This document shows, piece by piece, positions 1 through 10,106 of a DNA stretch of 64,000 bases. The DNA is from a virus (lineage: Duplodnaviria > Caudoviricetes), in the IMG/VR virus record IMGVR_UViG_3300025383_000009; one strand, written 5' to 3'. Positions within the stretch are counted from its first letter, which is position 1. Every line of letters begins with the position of its first letter. The notes under the pieces were generated by a model. The model was not told the origin of the DNA, ran no database searches, and was given only the letters and a program-made list of their open reading frames with translations. The position numbers and the translations under genes are program-made.

Positions 1-253
1 TACCATCAGTTATCAATGTTAAATTGCCCGCACTGTTTACTCCAACACCTATATTAGCAAAAGCACCAGTACTGTACGCGGTAGTATCTACACCTGTGAC
101 AGGGAAAAAACCACCATAGTTACCCAAGTCATTAGTAAATTGACTAAGGTTTGTTTTTTTGTTTGTTATATTTGCATATGGTAAATTAGCGCTACTTAGT
201 GATGTGTTATCACCAAATGTTATATTACCATTACCTATCTTAGTTGTTGCCAT
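1..253 (-). CDS. N-terminal part of a small tail-fibre-associated protein, truncated by the window edge
   Basis: ATG at 253, 8 nt after the stop of the upstream fibre gene; reads MATTKIGNGNITFGDNTSLSSA... open to position 1. Confidence 0.6.
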   Translation of the reverse strand, partial: MATTKIGNGNITFGDNTSLSSANLPYANITNKKTNLSQFTNDLGNYGGFFPVTGVDTTAYSTGAFANIGVGVNSAGNLTLITDG

Positions 254-261
254 CTTTTATC

Positions 262-1173
262 CTAGTTACCTTTTAAAGAGTTAACTTCTGCTCTTAATTC
301 TTTGATAGCTTCGATCAACAGTGGTACTAATCTTTCATATCGTACGGTTAAGTACTGTGTATCTACTGGAGCGTCTGTAACGATCTCTGGTAGTACTGCT
401 TGAACTTCTTGTGCAGATACGCCAACTTCCCTCTTAACAGCAAAACCTAAAGCTTGAGCTGATTCATTAGCTTCATAGTAGAAGCCAGATAAAGCATCAA
501 CCTTATCAAGTGCATTTTCTATACCACCTAACTTTGTCTTTAATCTTTCGTCTGAGTAGTATGATGTGATTTGGTTTGTAGCACGGATCTCACCGACAGT
601 ACCAGATGCAGTTGTACCAACACCAAGGCTGCTATATTGTATATTTGATGAACTACCAGGAATATCAAACCCTGTAGCTCCAGTAACTCTACCTGCGGTA
701 TCAACTGTAATTCCTGGGATAACTGTAGCAGAACCGTATGTTGCAGCAGAAATACCAGTCGTAGTAAGCTTAGAACTTGGGATACTTCCAGCTAACATGG
801 TAGCTGTCACTGTACCAGTATCTGTAGTATACACACCGTTTGTAACTGTACCAGCATTACCTGATACACTACCTGTGACGTTACCTGTTAAGTTTGCTGT
901 GATGACGTTTGCAGCAAAGTTACCAGATCCATCCCTCTGTACGATCGTGTTTACTGTACTAGTAGTGGCGGGTAAGTAACCATGAAGCTTATCAGCGTCA
1001 AGCCCTGAACCAGAACCATCTACTGTTTCTAATTTAGTTAATATATCAGATGCTGTATAAGCTGATGCGAGCAACCTTGTACCAATATCTGTACTCAGAT
1101 TGGTAAAGTTAGTATCCATCTCAGTGTTTGTTAAAGGTGCACCTTTTACTGATCTAAGCGTTAGTGTTGTCAT
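262..1173 (-). CDS. Tail fibre protein with C-terminal intramolecular chaperone (peptidase S74) domain
   Basis: Fibre-type N-terminus (LTNTEMDTNFTNL); C-terminal SDERLKT...GVSAQEVQAVLPE...YERLVPLLIEAIKEL motif. Confidence 0.85.
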   Translation of the reverse strand: MTTLTLRSVKGAPLTNTEMDTNFTNLSTDIGTRLLASAYTASDILTKLETVDGSGSGLDADKLHGYLPATTSTVNTIVQRDGSGNFAANVITANLTGNVTGSVSGNAGTVTNGVYTTDTGTVTATMLAGSIPSSKLTTTGISAATYGSATVIPGITVDTAGRVTGATGFDIPGSSSNIQYSSLGVGTTASGTVGEIRATNQITSYYSDERLKTKLGGIENALDKVDALSGFYYEANESAQALGFAVKREVGVSAQEVQAVLPEIVTDAPVDTQYLTVRYERLVPLLIEAIKELRAEVNSLKGN

Positions 1174-1360
1174 TTGTCATCCGTTCTATGATTGTTTCTA
1201 GTTTATTTATTCTTTCTGCAAGATCGTCTATCTTGTTTTCTCTCTCAGCTATAGCGTTTTGTATAGCTCTATGCCTATTTAACTTTACAACATCAGTCTC
1301 TAGGATAGCTCCTGTATTAAGGTCCCTTACTAAAGTCTGGTTTTGTATCTTTGCTCTCAT
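1154..1360 (-). CDS. Small conserved coiled-coil protein
   Basis: 68 aa ORF coupled to both neighbours; heptad-rich C-terminus. Confidence 0.6.
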   Translation of the reverse strand: MRAKIQNQTLVRDLNTGAILETDVVKLNRHRAIQNAIAERENKIDDLAERINKLETIIERMTNDNTNA

Positions 1361-4300
1361 TATGTATCCAATGCAATGATTCTAAGGTTTTGTAGCAATG
1401 GTGTCACTGCTGTATTGCTTGATAATAATACTATCTTGATTTGGAAAGCATTAAACCTTGTTGCAATAGGTGAGTTTTGTGGCACACCATACTGATCAAA
1501 AGCACCAGTTGGGAAGAAACTATACTCTGAGAACTTATAGTTAGATGTTGATGGAGCTGCTGTGCTCTCAAGGTTCATTAGTACCCAATATTCATCAGTG
1601 ATAGGTGTCGTAGCAGAAGTTGGTAGTGTTCTATAGTAACACTTGATACTTGTACCAGCTGGAGCGTTGACATCAACCCTAACGTTTAAGTTTGTTGATT
1701 CAAACCCAGATGCAAGGTTGATAGGTTTACTTACGTATCTTGCAAAGGCTGTACCACCTGCAGATACTCCAGCTTCACCTGATGCATCATTGTTGATCTT
1801 ATTAAGAGCTGTCACTACAGCAACGCTTGATGTATCAATGAATGGAGATACTTGGTCGTTTGTAGTTGTTAGTGTAGCTTGTAACCTTAAGCTTGGAGTG
1901 CCACCGATACCAGCTGCAGCAGCTATCTGTTTCAATGATGGGTAGTCAATGTTTTGACTTAAGTTGATAGATGCCCATGCAGAGTCAAAGGCCGAACCGT
2001 TATATGCTTTTGCAGCCCATGTTAGTGTTGTACCTGTTGGGGTAACAGCCGCGATGTTAGTATATAATGTTTGATAGCTGAGTGCAGATGCAGGGTCTTC
2101 TATATCAAACTCAATGGTACCTGTAGAAGTAAAGCTTGCTCTGTTGATATTAAACATGAGGTCTGAGTTTTGATCAGCAGTCCATGTAGAAGCATTTTGT
2201 GATCTAAATAGAGAACCAATGTATGGTTGTTTATCTATCAACCTTGTACCATTTAATAGTGTTGAACCTACAGTTGCAGTAAACACTTCGTATTGGTTAG
2301 AGTTAGATGATACAACGATAGCATATTCACCAGGAACTAAATGGATAGGGCTTGGGAACATAAAGTTAGTAGCTACTGTTGCAGTATCAGAAACGTTTAC
2401 ATCTTCAGCGTTTAACGTTACAGAAGCAAATGGTATAGTACCAACTGAACTTGGATAACCATTAGCTGTAGTCCTGATCTCTACTGTTACAGGAACTGAA
2501 GTATCTGCAGACTTAAAGTATAAGTCGATAGATGTAACATGCATGCCTTGTGGGTATAATCCAGCATCTACAAGGAATGACTCTGCTGTAGGGTCATAAT
2601 AGTAACCAGTTGTAGTTGTTACTTGTTGGTTTTGTACAGCACGTGTAGTTAACAACGTTGTTTGTTCTTTTTGTAGTAGACCTACAGCTGTATACGTTGC
2701 TTGACCAACAGACTCTTCAAGAGCCATATCGTTTGTATTGTTATCAATTAGTCTGATGACTCTTTGACCTGTTGCAAAAGTATTAGCTGGAACATCAAAC
2801 TCAAATGCAACATTGCCATGTTCATCAGGGACTAATGCATCACCAAGAGCTGGTACAGCACTAACCGCTGTTATTTGTCCATATACACCACTAGATGAAC
2901 CTACAACGTATTGACCATTACTTGGAGTTACAGATGCACCAAATATGTATAGTAGTCTCTTTGTAGGATCAGATGCTAAAGGAGCAGAGAACAACGCTGC
3001 GCTAGCAGTACCTGTCTGTGTACCAGTATAACTTGTATTATGGAAAGTTAATGTCTCATAGTTAGCTGCATCAAACATACCTGTAGCACCATTTACTGTA
3101 AGCACTAGTAATGGTTTAACATACGATGAGATGCTTGTATTATCAAAGAATGGGTATAGACGAGCATTAGGTTTAAACTTGGTACCGACACCGATGATAG
3201 TACTTGGTCTGATATAAGGCACAGATTGAACTGATACAACGCTTGTTCCTAGTGTTGTAGTGCTTGTACTTACTAAGTTTGTATTTACTGTGCTTGATGT
3301 AGAAGTTGTAGCCCAACGCATACCAGGATGAACACCATAGTAACCAGTAACGACTGTATCACTAAGTGATGATGCATCAGGTAATTGGATAGTCACCACG
3401 TCATTTACTGATGGTAACACTGAGGTATCTACCCATTGATCAAATGGAGGGTCTAACTGGATATCACCTACATATCTGATAACATTGAATGGGTTGATGT
3501 TAGTGTATTCACTAGCAAGAGGTTGATTGATAGCTGATGTCTCAGTATATGATAGCGTTGCTATGTCACCTGTAACTTGTGTAGATACAGGATTAGCTGG
3601 AGTAAATTGATGATAGTTAACATCAAATGTTGCTCGTGCGTTTTGGTTATATGGATCAATAGCTACCTTAAAGTCAAGGTCTGCTGCGTTAGCGATTGAG
3701 TTGTTATTATAGTTTGTGGATGCAGAGTTCCATGTATTTGATCCATTGAACCATGCTGCCCACCAACCCCATGACTTCTTATCCCAATCTACTTGTGATG
3801 AAGCATATATGTCTGAGCTTGTAAAAGCATCTACTGCAAAGCCGTTCTTAAACTTCTCAAGGTTTGATGCATCAGTGATTGATGTACCTTGCGCTTGAGA
3901 TTCTAGTAATGATAGTTGTGTGTAGTATTCTAGATTTGCGATACGTTTTTCAAGACCGCCGATGTCATGCATGGTGTATCGTTCGTTGTTGATGTACTCA
4001 ACTTGAATGTCTGATACCTTTGCTGTATATGGAGGTATGACAAGGTTATAGATCGCCATGCTATTACCAATATTTGTGGGCACCGTGGGGTAGACTGCAG
4101 GAATGCCTGATAATACGGTAAGGTTTTTATCTGCCGTAGCAAGGATAGTGTCGATACGTGCAAGGTAATACTGGTATGCTGTAGTTAAACCAGTAGAGCT
4201 AGTTGGGTCTGGTACTTGACCGTTAGTTAATGATGTATCACCATCAGCCCTTCTAGGTCTGAAGTCAATACAATCTCTAAGGTTATACGTTACACCTGAT

Positions 4301-6522
4301 GAAGGGTCTATAAATGTTGGGATGTCTTCGTATGCTACAGGATATGAGTTTACTGCTAAGTATCCATTGCCACTATGACTAAAGTTTTTATATATCACTA
4401 ATAGGTAATTAGTATCTGTAGGTGCCGTACCTGTCAATACTAAGTTACCATGATCATAGATCTCTGAACGCTGACCGTTATCAACTATGTAGTTTGATGT
4501 AACTTCTGTATATGCTACTCCGTTCCAGTCAATAACCATTGTATTACTATCTACGTTAACAGCGGTAGGATTTGTTGAACCAGTGTTATATACAGCATAT
4601 ACTTGATATATGTCTGACACGCTTAGTGTATCTTTACCACCATAAGTTGTATTTAATCCAGATGCAGAACCAGTACCTAAGATAGCTGTAGAGTATCCGC
4701 TTAACCCTTTGGTCTTATATGATTGTGTAGTTAATGTAACTTCTGCGATGATTGTAGCAGTACATGAGAAGCCTGTATCATTAACATTAAATTGTGCCTG
4801 TGAAGCACTACCTGTAGATGATACTACGATCGATCTTGAGTTTGCATCTTCAAATGAGATGATAGACCCTACACTTAAACCTGTGGAACTCGCAGTTAAG
4901 TTTCCTGTGATGACAACATGGTAAGATTTATTCTTTATAGAATCTGTTAGTCCACCACCAAAACCTGTCGTTACGCCATCACCCTCAAAGTTTTCTGTAC
5001 TGTCTTCTGTGTCTATATGTGCAACTCCACCTGAGAAACTTACACCAGTAAATGTTCTTTGGATAGAATAACTGCCGTTTTGTATAGTCTTAACATATTG
5101 GTTAGGTATTGGGAATACTAAACCTGGACTGTCAGAGCCGTATAGGATAGTATTACCAGAACCACCTACTTTACTTGATGCATCGATGTCAGCTGATGAT
5201 GTAGATGTGATGATAGACTTAACGCTCTCAAACTTTTGACCACTATTCATCGTGATGTTGAATAGGTACATCGCATAGACCGCTGAAGTTCCTGGGATAC
5301 CTGAAACTTGCTGTAAGAACCTTACTTGTGCAGTACCGATCTTATATGTTGATCCAGACACTGAAGCAGTCACTACGCTATGTAGTTCTACAGACGTGTA
5401 TGGTACAGTTGAAAGTTCAGTTATCTTTTTATTTGTGACGAATGGACCAACTAAGTTTGTAACGTTTACATAGTTACCGTAGTTTGTATTAACATCTTTA
5501 CTGATTAAACTTGAAGGAGTCCTTGCTCTAGGTACAGACAAAGGCGTTGTACTGATAGTTTCAAATTCATATCCTTGAACATAACCTTTACCAGGACCTA
5601 ATGCGGCAGTGAAGAACCCTGTGGCTCCATCAACTGCATCTGTGATATGAAGAGGCCATACATTAACTGTATAGTTACCTGCTTCATCGAATGTCCTTTG
5701 TGCCATCTCATTGCCGATAGCAGAGTATACAGTGTTAGTTTTATTAACTACTAATGCTCCATCAACTATACGAGCGATCTCCGTGAAACCATCAACAGAG
5801 TCTGTTAAACCTTTTGCTGTTAAAGTTAAGCTTGCATGGTAGCGATCTGCACCAGGAGCTGCATAGTTTGGTGTACCAGTAGCATTATCAAGTAATGATG
5901 TATCTGTGTTTGATGATGCAAAGCTTTCATTGAGTACAAGACCTACTGATGCTGAAGATGTATTGGAGTACGCATCTACTGCAATGGTTTGTGGTTCAAC
6001 ATATACGAACATACCGTTAACAAAGAATACACCTGAATCAATAGAGAATGCCATTGACTTATTGAGTGATGAACCAGTTTGGATAGTTGCTACAGCTGTA
6101 CCTGAGATAGTTAAGTTCTCACCAACAGAAAATGCAGAACCAGAAGTGATTGATACTAATAAGGTTTTAGGTTGTGTAGAAGTAGCGTCTAAGCTTAGCT
6201 TGACTAAAGCTTTAGTACCAGAAGAAGCACCAACGATGGTAGCTCCATTAAATATAGCCATGTTGACAGCATTACCGCCAAATGATGGGTCAATCTTGAT
6301 TGACTGTAGAGTATTTTCAAATAAACGGCTGCAACCAGTAACCACTGTACCGTTAACAAATATATTCTTACCAAACTTGGCTATTTGGTCTTGGATCTGT
6401 GTCTGGAGTTGTGTTAACTCACGGGCTTGGACAGCATATCCAGGTTTAAATAGTATACGATGATAGTTCTTGGTATCATCAAAGTCATCAAAGTATGGAT
6501 TTGTGGTAAAATTAAGTGACAT
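1360..6522 (-). CDS. Large virion structural protein (DUF4815-like)
   Basis: 1720 aa; N-terminus PYFDDFDDTKNYHRILFKPGYAVQARELTQLQT is typical of this family in T4-like phages. Confidence 0.8.
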   Translation of the reverse strand: MSLNFTTNPYFDDFDDTKNYHRILFKPGYAVQARELTQLQTQIQDQIAKFGKNIFVNGTVVTGCSRLFENTLQSIKIDPSFGGNAVNMAIFNGATIVGASSGTKALVKLSLDATSTQPKTLLVSITSGSAFSVGENLTISGTAVATIQTGSSLNKSMAFSIDSGVFFVNGMFVYVEPQTIAVDAYSNTSSASVGLVLNESFASSNTDTSLLDNATGTPNYAAPGADRYHASLTLTAKGLTDSVDGFTEIARIVDGALVVNKTNTVYSAIGNEMAQRTFDEAGNYTVNVWPLHITDAVDGATGFFTAALGPGKGYVQGYEFETISTTPLSVPRARTPSSLISKDVNTNYGNYVNVTNLVGPFVTNKKITELSTVPYTSVELHSVVTASVSGSTYKIGTAQVRFLQQVSGIPGTSAVYAMYLFNITMNSGQKFESVKSIITSTSSADIDASSKVGGSGNTILYGSDSPGLVFPIPNQYVKTIQNGSYSIQRTFTGVSFSGGVAHIDTEDSTENFEGDGVTTGFGGGLTDSIKNKSYHVVITGNLTASSTGLSVGSIISFEDANSRSIVVSSTGSASQAQFNVNDTGFSCTATIIAEVTLTTQSYKTKGLSGYSTAILGTGSASGLNTTYGGKDTLSVSDIYQVYAVYNTGSTNPTAVNVDSNTMVIDWNGVAYTEVTSNYIVDNGQRSEIYDHGNLVLTGTAPTDTNYLLVIYKNFSHSGNGYLAVNSYPVAYEDIPTFIDPSSGVTYNLRDCIDFRPRRADGDTSLTNGQVPDPTSSTGLTTAYQYYLARIDTILATADKNLTVLSGIPAVYPTVPTNIGNSMAIYNLVIPPYTAKVSDIQVEYINNERYTMHDIGGLEKRIANLEYYTQLSLLESQAQGTSITDASNLEKFKNGFAVDAFTSSDIYASSQVDWDKKSWGWWAAWFNGSNTWNSASTNYNNNSIANAADLDFKVAIDPYNQNARATFDVNYHQFTPANPVSTQVTGDIATLSYTETSAINQPLASEYTNINPFNVIRYVGDIQLDPPFDQWVDTSVLPSVNDVVTIQLPDASSLSDTVVTGYYGVHPGMRWATTSTSSTVNTNLVSTSTTTLGTSVVSVQSVPYIRPSTIIGVGTKFKPNARLYPFFDNTSISSYVKPLLVLTVNGATGMFDAANYETLTFHNTSYTGTQTGTASAALFSAPLASDPTKRLLYIFGASVTPSNGQYVVGSSSGVYGQITAVSAVPALGDALVPDEHGNVAFEFDVPANTFATGQRVIRLIDNNTNDMALEESVGQATYTAVGLLQKEQTTLLTTRAVQNQQVTTTTGYYYDPTAESFLVDAGLYPQGMHVTSIDLYFKSADTSVPVTVEIRTTANGYPSSVGTIPFASVTLNAEDVNVSDTATVATNFMFPSPIHLVPGEYAIVVSSNSNQYEVFTATVGSTLLNGTRLIDKQPYIGSLFRSQNASTWTADQNSDLMFNINRASFTSTGTIEFDIEDPASALSYQTLYTNIAAVTPTGTTLTWAAKAYNGSAFDSAWASINLSQNIDYPSLKQIAAAAGIGGTPSLRLQATLTTTNDQVSPFIDTSSVAVVTALNKINNDASGEAGVSAGGTAFARYVSKPINLASGFESTNLNVRVDVNAPAGTSIKCYYRTLPTSATTPITDEYWVLMNLESTAAPSTSNYKFSEYSFFPTGAFDQYGVPQNSPIATRFNAFQIKIVLLSSNTAVTPLLQNLRIIALDT

Positions 6523-6547
6523 ATCTACTCTTTCAATTGATTATATC

Positions 6548-6555
6548 TATTTATA
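6548..6555 (-). promoter_or_regulatory. T4-type late promoter TATAAATA
   Basis: Exact consensus just upstream of the 1720 aa structural gene. Confidence 0.75.
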
Positions 6556-9379
6556 CGGTTAAAAGGGTTCTTACTGTAACAATTTGCTGTGCAGAAGGAG
6601 CAAACGGCTCCATGACTTCAACAAAGAGGAAGTCCCCAGAGAATGGGTTTATAGTCCTATTTGTAACAGCTGTAACATCTATTGTAGTAATCGGCACTGT
6701 AGGGTTTGGTATCAATGCAATACCAGTAACTGGATTAATATCAAAAGGATCTGAGATCAGTGTATCACCCACTTCTATAGAGAAGTCATTGAATACTGAT
6801 AACAAGATCTGGGTTGAATTAAAGTCAACCACCCTATACTTCTTATAGTTTGCTGAGCCGTTACTTTCTACTTTATACAACAGCATGTCATGCAATATCT
6901 TTGAGACATCAAAACTACCAGTGATTAGTACACAACCAGAACCTACAGATCCTGTGAACTTAGGTCCACTGTTTCCTGTATACCCTTGAACATTAGACTG
7001 CTGTGATTGTAAGTTTCTAATCAGACCACACTTACGGTAGTCATTATTGATGATGAATCCTTGGTTAACTTCTGAAGCAAATGAACTATAGAAAGCTAAT
7101 GTATTTGCATATAGCTCTTCAACAGCGTTTGAACCGTGACCACCTAATGGTGACATGATTGCTCTTGCTACAGCTCCTGTACCGTTACCTTCAATGATCA
7201 CGTCTGTCCAAGTATATCCAGAACCTACATTTGTCATCTCGATAGCTACTACTTTACCTCCAGAACATACAGCACGTGCTGTAGCACCTGTACCATCACC
7301 TTTGATAGTTATTGTGGCAGAACCATAACCTGTGCCTTGATCTACTACTTTGATGACTTCAATCGTTCCAGGTACAGCGAGTAACTCAACGTTTGCTTGA
7401 AGCGTGTTGATATTACCAATATTTAGATTAGGCGTTAATACTGCACCAGAACCGGATCCAGATGTGTCTATCACCGTGATGTTAGCTGATGTATACCCTA
7501 TACCACCATCTAAGATAGCATAACCAACGATATTTCCACCAGTACCTAAACTAGCAAAAGCGGTTGCCCTAGAAGCAGATGTTTGTATTACTAACTTATG
7601 ATCTGCACCAGTACCAGCTGTTATTGATATGTATGTACCGTTAGTTGCATCAAGAGCTGAAGTTGCTAGTTGGATTGTATTTGTATCAACGACTATGACA
7701 TAGTAGTTAAATGTAGAAGTTAAACCTCCAACACCAGTACCACCATTATCGATATACTCTACTTCATCACCAGTATTAAACAGATGACCATCATAAGTTA
7801 TGGTGTGATTAGTATTATTAACTGCAGTCGCTGCATTAAACGTATAAGTTGGGCGATCTATAGTAACGCTAGGAGCAGTGAGGTATCCATTACCAGCTAG
7901 AGTTACTCCCACATATGTCACTACACCGTTTGATACGTTAGCTATAGCATTAGCTGTAGTACCACTTGGTGGGTCTGAAATAGTTACGTTAGGAGTCTCA
8001 ACGTATTGTGCACCTTCATTAGTTAAAGATACAGTGTATAAGCTATCAACCCCTGCACTAATGATTAAGGATATCTCTGCTTCTGTCTTTGTGATATGAG
8101 GTGTTATGACTGCATCAGCACCTATATACTGTATGCTTGCAGTACCATCTGTAATGATGTTACCAGTAGTATCAATAGGAGCTACAGTGCCTGTTGTGCC
8201 AGCAGTAGTAACTTCATAATAGATACCATTTGAATTTAATATCTCGCCCAGAGTCACTGTAGTTAGTCGACTCCAGTTTGTACTTCCTGATATGGCTTGT
8301 GATACAGTGATGGTAGGAGCAGAGCTATATCCATATCCAGAATCTATTAAGTTAACTTGGCTAACAGATTCAGAAGTGATGACAGCATTGGCCACAGCTG
8401 TAGTACCAACATATTGAAGTTGTGCTGTACCATTATTGACTGTGCCACTTGTATGGATTGGTCCAGCATTACCTAACTGGGTACCAGAAATTACAAGGTA
8501 AAAGTTTGTACGGTTAGTAGCTGGGTTTGTGTATGCTACGTAGCTTCCAGTATTAAGGTTAAAGTATGCAGACCATTCAATATAGTTTGTGATAGGAGGA
8601 GATACCGTAAGCGTGATAGTAGAATAACCATAACCAGGGTTTTGTATGATTAACGAGTCGATAGTATATGGGTTTGCTTCTAAGTAACCATCACCGCTGA
8701 TGACAGCAGAAGTAGTGCCTTGATTATATCCATAACCACCATTGACGATGTTGATGTTATTGATAGTACCATTAGAATAGAACTGGTTAGTTAAAGCTGT
8801 AGATACTGGCATCCAAGTAGAGGATAAGAACCTATTCCTTAATGACACAGGGATGGTATACATGAACTTCCACTTATAACCATCAGCTGTAGTAAATATG
8901 TTTTGCGTTGTACCTATAGGCATATAGGTTGATTTTGCATTGTAGTTGTTATCAATACACTTGTATACGTTATAGTCAGTTGTTAATACATAGAAGTTAG
9001 CTGTATCTAAACCACCTGCACCAGAGTATGCTGGACCGTATCCATAACCTTCTGTTGGGTTGATAGCATCATCATACATATCATATACTGTATCACTAAC
9101 CCAATCAATACGACGGATAACTAATGATACATCACCAGATGTGATCTTCTTAGCAGTTAGTATATCTCGACGTACGTGTAGTTCATACCTAAAGTTGTCT
9201 TGTGGTGCACCTGGATAATCACCATCAGATGAAGGGATGAAAGGGCTTAAGAAGTCCTGCCATGTATTCTCTTTACCAATCCAATGATAATAACTTGATG
9301 TGTTAGATACCACCTCATTATAGACAGCTTGTGCTATAGTGGTCTTAAAGATTGGCTTGAATATTGAGTATGAGATCAT
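6551..9379 (-). CDS. gp8: Baseplate wedge protein gp8-like, enlarged by insertions
   Basis: RRIDWVSDTVYDMYDD, NFYVLTTDYNVYKCIDNN and DGYKWKFMYTIP motifs; baseplate context. Confidence 0.8.
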   Translation of the reverse strand: MISYSIFKPIFKTTIAQAVYNEVVSNTSSYYHWIGKENTWQDFLSPFIPSSDGDYPGAPQDNFRYELHVRRDILTAKKITSGDVSLVIRRIDWVSDTVYDMYDDAINPTEGYGYGPAYSGAGGLDTANFYVLTTDYNVYKCIDNNYNAKSTYMPIGTTQNIFTTADGYKWKFMYTIPVSLRNRFLSSTWMPVSTALTNQFYSNGTINNINIVNGGYGYNQGTTSAVISGDGYLEANPYTIDSLIIQNPGYGYSTITLTVSPPITNYIEWSAYFNLNTGSYVAYTNPATNRTNFYLVISGTQLGNAGPIHTSGTVNNGTAQLQYVGTTAVANAVITSESVSQVNLIDSGYGYSSAPTITVSQAISGSTNWSRLTTVTLGEILNSNGIYYEVTTAGTTGTVAPIDTTGNIITDGTASIQYIGADAVITPHITKTEAEISLIISAGVDSLYTVSLTNEGAQYVETPNVTISDPPSGTTANAIANVSNGVVTYVGVTLAGNGYLTAPSVTIDRPTYTFNAATAVNNTNHTITYDGHLFNTGDEVEYIDNGGTGVGGLTSTFNYYVIVVDTNTIQLATSALDATNGTYISITAGTGADHKLVIQTSASRATAFASLGTGGNIVGYAILDGGIGYTSANITVIDTSGSGSGAVLTPNLNIGNINTLQANVELLAVPGTIEVIKVVDQGTGYGSATITIKGDGTGATARAVCSGGKVVAIEMTNVGSGYTWTDVIIEGNGTGAVARAIMSPLGGHGSNAVEELYANTLAFYSSFASEVNQGFIINNDYRKCGLIRNLQSQQSNVQGYTGNSGPKFTGSVGSGCVLITGSFDVSKILHDMLLYKVESNGSANYKKYRVVDFNSTQILLSVFNDFSIEVGDTLISDPFDINPVTGIALIPNPTVPITTIDVTAVTNRTINPFSGDFLFVEVMEPFAPSAQQIVTVRTLLTV

Positions 9380-9382
9380 TTA

Positions 9383-10090
9383 TTATCCTACAGAAACTAC
9401 CCATTGAATCGCGATGGTTTCAGATGATGATTTAGAGATTACTGGGAATGTTGTCCTTGCAAGCATATAACCATGCCTAATAGTGTGGTTGATTCCAGAA
9501 CCAGGAGTTATAGTTAATGCTGTGTTTGATCCAGCATGGGCATAAGTGTCAGCTAACTTGATATTATCACCATCTACTTTGATTACATAGTAGATGCCGC
9601 CTTCTGATAGTCCACCTATAGCGGTACCACCGCCTGCAGAGTATGCGATCTGATCACCAGTATTTAAACCATGGCTCGATATGGTGATCTCATTGTTTGA
9701 ACCACCCACTGCTGTAGCAGCATTGAATGTTAATAACGTTGAAGAAGATTCATTGAATATACCAGCTTCTGTGATTGAACCTATACCTACACCATTACCA
9801 AAAGTAGCAGTAAACACTGCGCTTGTACCTGAAACTGTAGCAGTAGATAAGCTAACTCGTGCTAGCTCATTGAATAGTTGGATCTGTGTAGAGTCAGCTG
9901 TAGTGGAGCTTGAACCGATAGCCATATAGTTCATCACGTCAAGCGTGTTACTGGCTAACCTTGATGCTATGAAGTTTTTACCCAACGTCACTATAAGGTT
10001 ATTAAACTCTTCTGAATAGATTAGTTCTTTATTTTCATTGTATTTTTGTATCAACAACTTACCAGTTAATACAACGCTGTCTTTTAACAT
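9383..10090 (-). CDS. Baseplate/tail-collar structural protein carrying an 84 aa insertion
   Basis: MAIGSS...FNELARV...SITEAGIFN...MLARTTF core; lies between gp7 and gp8. Confidence 0.6.
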   Translation of the reverse strand: MLKDSVVLTGKLLIQKYNENKELIYSEEFNNLIVTLGKNFIASRLASNTLDVMNYMAIGSSSTTADSTQIQLFNELARVSLSTATVSGTSAVFTATFGNGVGIGSITEAGIFNESSSTLLTFNAATAVGGSNNEITISSHGLNTGDQIAYSAGGGTAIGGLSEGGIYYVIKVDGDNIKLADTYAHAGSNTALTITPGSGINHTIRHGYMLARTTFPVISKSSSETIAIQWVVSVG

Positions 10091-10106
10091 TTAGTGCTCC
10101 TTTATT

